Shown here piece after piece: positions 36,164 through 41,986 of a stretch of 41,986 nucleotides of DNA. The first letter of the stretch is position 1, and every line of letters starts with the position of its first letter. The stretch is taken from NCBI GenBank assembly GCA_945876925.1, contig CAMCQD010000001.1:1-41986 (forward strand). The letters are read 5' to 3'. This DNA is from an uncultured Dermatophilus sp. Its GTDB lineage: Bacteria > Actinomycetota > Actinomycetes > Actinomycetales > Dermatophilaceae. A model generated the notes under the pieces. That model saw only the letters and a program-made list of their open reading frames with translations. It searched no databases and was not told the origin of the DNA. The position numbers were made by a program, and so were the translations under genes.

Positions 36164-37612
36164 ATGGCGCATGGAGCGTCTGCAGCCGAGACCACGCTGC
36201 CGCCCCTCACCCCCGGCCCGCACCGCAGGCGGATCGGCCTCATTTCCGTGATCGCCTGTTTCGGCGGCCTGCTCTTCGGCTATGACACCGGCGTGAGCAA
36301 TGGGGCCGAGCGCCCTATGCAGATCGAGCTGGGACTGTCCGATATCGCCCTGGGCGTGGTCATCTCCTCGCTCGTGTTCGCCGCTGCGGCCGGCGCCTTC
36401 ATCGGCGGGCGGCTGTCGGACTCGTTCGGGCGGCGCCGGACTATCATCCTGCTGGCTACGCTGTTCTTCACCGGGACCCTGCTCGTCGTGTTCTCGCCGG
36501 GCTATGCCGTCCTCGTGCTCGGACGGGTCATGCTCGGCCTGGCGGTCGGCGGTGCCTCCACCGTGGTCCCGGTTTACCTGGCCGAGATCGCCCCGTTCGA
36601 GATCCGCGGGTCCATTACCGGCCGTAATGAGCTGGCTATCGTCTCCGGGCAGCTGGCCGCGTTCACCATGAACGCCATCATCAACGCCGCCTTCGGGCAT
36701 CATGACGGGGTCTGGCGGTACATGTTCGCCGTGTGCGCGCTGCCGGCGATCGCGCTGTTCGCCGGGATGCTGCGGATGCCCGAATCTCCCCGCTGGCTGG
36801 TCGAGAAGGGCCGGTATGACGAGGCGCTCGCCGTGCTCAGGACCGTCCGCCCGAAGGAGCGCGCCCTTGCCGAGCTGGCCGAGGTCGAGCAGATCGCCCG
36901 GGAGGAGAAAGCCGGGCAGGATGCCGCCCCCAAGGCGGTCTTCAGCAACACATGGCTCGTGCGGATCCTGCTGATCGGCATCGGCGTCTCGATGACGCAG
37001 CAGCTCACCGGGATTAACTCGATCATGTACTACGGGCAGCGGGTGCTCATCCAGGCCGGGTTCACCGCCGATGCGGCGCTGTTCGCCAACATCTCGGCCG
37101 GGGTCTTCTCGGTGCTCGGCGGGGTGATCGCGCTGTACAACATGGACCGGCTCAACCGGCGTACCACGTTCCAGATCGGGCTCGCGCTCACCACTACCTG
37201 TCACGTTCTCATCGGAGTGTTCTCCAGCCTCATCCCGGAGGGGAGCGCGATCCGCCCCTACGTGCTGCTCGTGCTGCTGGTCGCGTTCGTGTTCTCCATG
37301 CAGACCTTCCTCAATATCGCCGTCTGGGTCTGGCTCGCTGAAGTATTCCCGCTGCATATGCGCGGGCTGGGGATCGGCATCTCGGTGTTCTTCGGCTGGT
37401 TCACCAACGGCATGCTGGCGCTGTTCTTTCCCGCTCTGGTTGACGGGATCGGCATCACCGGGGCGTTCTTCATGTTCGCCGCGATCGGCGTGGTCGCGCT
37501 GCTCTTCGTGCGCACGCAGGTCCCCGAGACCCGGGGGGTCTCGCTGGAGCAGCTGGAGGCCGGCATCACCACCGGCCGGGCGTACGAATTCCGCGCAAAC
37601 GCCCGCGCCTGA
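36164..37612 (+). CDS. Sugar porter family MFS transporter (IolT-like)
   Basis: GGLLFGYDTGV, DSFGRR, YLAEIAP, PESPRW, QQLTGINSIMYY, PETRG; AAGGAG RBS. Confidence 0.93.
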   Translation: MAHGASAAETTLPPLTPGPHRRRIGLISVIACFGGLLFGYDTGVSNGAERPMQIELGLSDIALGVVISSLVFAAAAGAFIGGRLSDSFGRRRTIILLATLFFTGTLLVVFSPGYAVLVLGRVMLGLAVGGASTVVPVYLAEIAPFEIRGSITGRNELAIVSGQLAAFTMNAIINAAFGHHDGVWRYMFAVCALPAIALFAGMLRMPESPRWLVEKGRYDEALAVLRTVRPKERALAELAEVEQIAREEKAGQDAAPKAVFSNTWLVRILLIGIGVSMTQQLTGINSIMYYGQRVLIQAGFTADAALFANISAGVFSVLGGVIALYNMDRLNRRTTFQIGLALTTTCHVLIGVFSSLIPEGSAIRPYVLLVLLVAFVFSMQTFLNIAVWVWLAEVFPLHMRGLGIGISVFFGWFTNGMLALFFPALVDGIGITGAFFMFAAIGVVALLFVRTQVPETRGVSLEQLEAGITTGRAYEFRANARA

Positions 37613-37815
37613 GCGGTGCTCGTGCCGCACCGGCCTTGCGTCAGAGGGTTGCGGGGCCGGTGCGACATGCCGCCCGCTGATCCCGTGCGGGCCGCCCAGG
37701 GGCTGGCGCTCGCTCCCGTGCCCGGGCGCGGGTCCCGGTCCCGGCGCGGGTGAGTTATCCCGGAGTCCGCCGCGGGCCGCGGGGATATGGCGGGTGCGCG
37801 CGGAGCCCGCGCTAA

Positions 37816-37831
37816 ATACCTATGGGGGTCT
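37816..37831. promoter_or_regulatory. CsoR/CstR-family-like operator upstream of the rhodanese gene
   Basis: ATACCTATGGGGGTCT resembles the ATACC..G-tract..GGTAT operators of CsoR-family repressors; followed by TAGAGT. Confidence 0.5.
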
Positions 37832-37930
37832 TAGAGTGGCTGGATGCCCCGGGGTGCTGAGCCCTCGTCCTGTCCGCCGAACCGCCCCAGTCCGTCACCT
37901 GCCGGATCCGGCCAGCGCGACCCGGCTGGC

Positions 37931-37966
37931 GCCATCTGACCCGCACAAGCCATCTGACCCGCAGAA
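37931..37966. repeat. 18-bp tandem repeat in the 5' leader
   Basis: GCCATCTGACCCGCACAA / GCCATCTGACCCGCAGAA (17/18). Confidence 0.8.
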
Positions 37967-37973
37967 GAGGACC

Positions 37974-38603
37974 ATGAGCACCAGCACCTTCCCGCCCCGC
38001 CCCGCCGAACCCGCCCCGCAGGGGGCCGGGCAGTCCCAGGCGGCGCAGCTAACCGCCGGTGAGCTGCGCGACTGGCTGAACCGGGAGAGCCGTCCCCAGC
38101 TGATCGACGTCCGCGCGGCGGCCGAGTTCCGCGCCGGGCACATTCCCGGGGCGCGCAATGTTCCCTTGCCCATCCTGCGCGAGCACGTGGACGAGCTGTC
38201 TGGCCGGCTGAGCGGGCAGCCCATCGTGCTCATCTGCCGCACTGACCGGCGTGCCTGGAAGGCCGGGGAGTTCCTCGATGCCGCCGCCGGGCCGGTCCGC
38301 TGGCACGTGTTGGCCGGGGGGATGACCGCCTGGGAGCAGGAGCAGGGCCCGGTGGCGCGGGTTCCCGGCCCGTGGGCGCTGGAGCGGCAGATCCGCCTGG
38401 TGACCGGCGGTATCGTCGCGGGCTCGGTGGTGGCCAGCCCCGGCGTCCCCCCGGCCAGGGGGGTCGCCGGGGTCGTCGGGGCCGGCCGGGTGGCGGCGGC
38501 CCTGACTGACACGTGCCTCATGGGCGAGATGCTCTCCCGGCTGCCGTGCAACCGCCAGGAGGAGCCCGCGCTGCGCGACGTGCTGGCGGGCCTCGACGGC
38601 TGA
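37974..38603 (+). CDS. Rhodanese domain + DUF2892 membrane protein (YgaP-like)
   Basis: LIDVRAAAEFRAGHIPGARNVPL, active-site ICRTDRRA, LAGGMTAW, WALERQIR..TDTCLMG. Confidence 0.88.
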   Translation: MSTSTFPPRPAEPAPQGAGQSQAAQLTAGELRDWLNRESRPQLIDVRAAAEFRAGHIPGARNVPLPILREHVDELSGRLSGQPIVLICRTDRRAWKAGEFLDAAAGPVRWHVLAGGMTAWEQEQGPVARVPGPWALERQIRLVTGGIVAGSVVASPGVPPARGVAGVVGAGRVAAALTDTCLMGEMLSRLPCNRQEEPALRDVLAGLDG

Positions 38604-38795
38604 GCCGCCCAGGCCGGGCCGTCGTGAAGCCCCTCGTGGCCGCCGCGCTGGCCGTCCCGGGTCGTCAGCGGGGCGCCGTCCGGAGGCGCCGGTGAGCCGG
38701 AACCGGGCGCGGCCGCTGCCCCGAGGGGCCGGCGGGCTCAGCCAGGCAATACCGGACCCTGTCTGAATCCGGCAGCCTCACATAGGGTTCGGGCT

Positions 38796-40705
<1,910 letters not shown>

Positions 40706-40871
40706 GGATCGTCCCGGGCTGCGGTGAGCCCCGGTCCGGTTCCCCTGCGGGGCGGTCCGGGGCCGCCCGGTCCTGGGCCGCGCCTCACCGGTGCTGTCCC
40801 GGCGCGGCGGGTCGCGCCAGCGGGTTCGCGTAATACCGTGCCCCGCCGGGTGGTTCGCGTAGCGTCAGCGC

Positions 40872-41855
40872 ATGAGCGCATTCGCTGCCTGGATCGTCCG
40901 TGACAAGGGAGCCCCCGCGAGGCTGGAAGAACTCGGCCGCGAGGTGCTGCCCTCCCGGGACGTCACTGTCCGGGTGGACTACTCGGGCATCAACTACAAG
41001 GATGCCCTGGCCCTGCACGGGCGCCCCGGGGTGATCCGCGCCTACCCGCTCATCTGCGGCATCGACCTGGCCGGCACCGTGCTGGAGTCGGCTGATCCGC
41101 GCTGGTCGCCCGGGGATGTGGTGGTGCTCAACGGAGCCGGCCTGGGCGAGGAGCAGCATGGCGGCCTGGCCGCCCTGGCGGCGGTCAGCGGCGATGACCT
41201 CGTCGCCGTGCCGGAGCCGTTCACGCCCGCGCAGGCCGCGGCGATCGGCACCGCCGGGTTCACCGCCGCCCTCGGGGTGCTCGCGATGGAACGGGCCGGC
41301 CTGGCTCCTGAGCAGGGGCCGGTGCTGGTCACCGGGTCCGGCGGCGGGGTCGGCTCCATCGCGATCGCGCTGCTGGCCCGGGCCGGCTACGACGTGGCCG
41401 CGCTCACCGGGCGGCCAGGCGAACTACGCGATCAGCTCACCCGGCTCGGCGCGGCCAGGATCATCGGCCGGGACGAACTGGGCACCGCGGGACGCCCGCT
41501 CGGCCGGGCCACGTGGGCGGGCGTAGCCGATGCGGTCGGCGGGCCGGTGCTGGCCGCGGCGCTGGCCACCCTGAAGCCGGGCGGCGTTGCCACCGCCTGC
41601 GGGCTGGCCGCCGGGGCGGCGTTCGAGGGGAACGTCATGCCGTTCATCCTGCGCGGGGTGTCGCTGCTCGGGATCGACTCGGTGCGCTGCCCGCGAGAAC
41701 GCCGCGAGGCGGCCTGGGGACGGCTGGCTCGCGACCTCGACCCCGGCCTGCTCGATTCGGTTACCCGCACGGTCCCGCTCGCCGGGGCCGCCGATGCCGC
41801 TGCCAGCCTGCTCGCCGGCCAGGGCACCGGCCGCACTGTCGTCGCCATCGGCTAG
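40872..41855 (+). CDS. YhdH/AcuI family MDR oxidoreductase (acrylyl-CoA reductase-like)
   Basis: YSGINYKDALA, GIDLAG, AIGTAGFTA, GGVGS, PFILRGVSLLGIDSV. Confidence 0.92.
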   Translation: MSAFAAWIVRDKGAPARLEELGREVLPSRDVTVRVDYSGINYKDALALHGRPGVIRAYPLICGIDLAGTVLESADPRWSPGDVVVLNGAGLGEEQHGGLAALAAVSGDDLVAVPEPFTPAQAAAIGTAGFTAALGVLAMERAGLAPEQGPVLVTGSGGGVGSIAIALLARAGYDVAALTGRPGELRDQLTRLGAARIIGRDELGTAGRPLGRATWAGVADAVGGPVLAAALATLKPGGVATACGLAAGAAFEGNVMPFILRGVSLLGIDSVRCPRERREAAWGRLARDLDPGLLDSVTRTVPLAGAADAAASLLAGQGTGRTVVAIG

Positions 41856-41944
41856 TTCCCGGCCAGCCCGGCCCCGGCGGTGCGCAGCACGCCCAGCGGG
41901 GGAGATGCCCGCGGCCCCGGGCTGGCCTGGCCGGGCGCGGGGCG

Positions 41945-41986
41945 TCAGGAGGCGAGCTTGTAGCCGGCGCCGCGGACGGTGGCGAT
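41945..41986 (-). CDS. C-terminus of an OmpR-family response regulator (partial)
   Basis: IATVRGAGYKLAS* matches the OmpR wing motif TVRG.GY; only 13 codons are visible. Confidence 0.7.
   Translation of the reverse strand: MATVRGAGYKLAS

Overview
A 42 kb high-GC actinobacterial (Actinomycetota) chromosomal segment made of small metabolic, transport and regulator modules. It includes a secreted GH13 amylase/pullulanase (partial, missing from the ORF track), a PTH2-type hydrolase, an atypical RpiB, dapA, a GT1 glycosyltransferase, a Zn-dehydrogenase, several TetR/MFS/EamA/AzlCD-Lrp units with clear palindromic operators, a split transketolase with two IclR genes and a sugar porter, a rhodanese, two aldo-keto reductases and a YhdH/AcuI reductase. 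The most unusual part is 4.7-14.6 kb. A DtxR/IdeR-boxed siderophore ABC uptake operon (binding protein, two permeases, ATPase) is pseudogenised, and its middle is replaced by about 5.7 kb of apparently foreign DNA. That DNA carries the tail of a trans-AT-type PKS (thioesterase + methyltransferase) fused in frame to the permease remnant, an intact three-gene ABC exporter, and a decayed 3' fragment of kgd/sucA. No mobile-element gene is visible. Two more DtxR boxes point to a DUF2470-like gene and a Cys-rich DUF1540 gene, possibly regulated in opposite directions by iron. Other oddities: several proteins lacking canonical catalytic residues (RpiB, CPBP protease, orphan HTH-MNT), a 96-bp GTAG-starting REPIN-like hairpin, and unusually long perfect palindromes. 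No rRNA, tRNA, CRISPR array or transposase was recognised. All family calls come from motif recognition by eye, not database searches.
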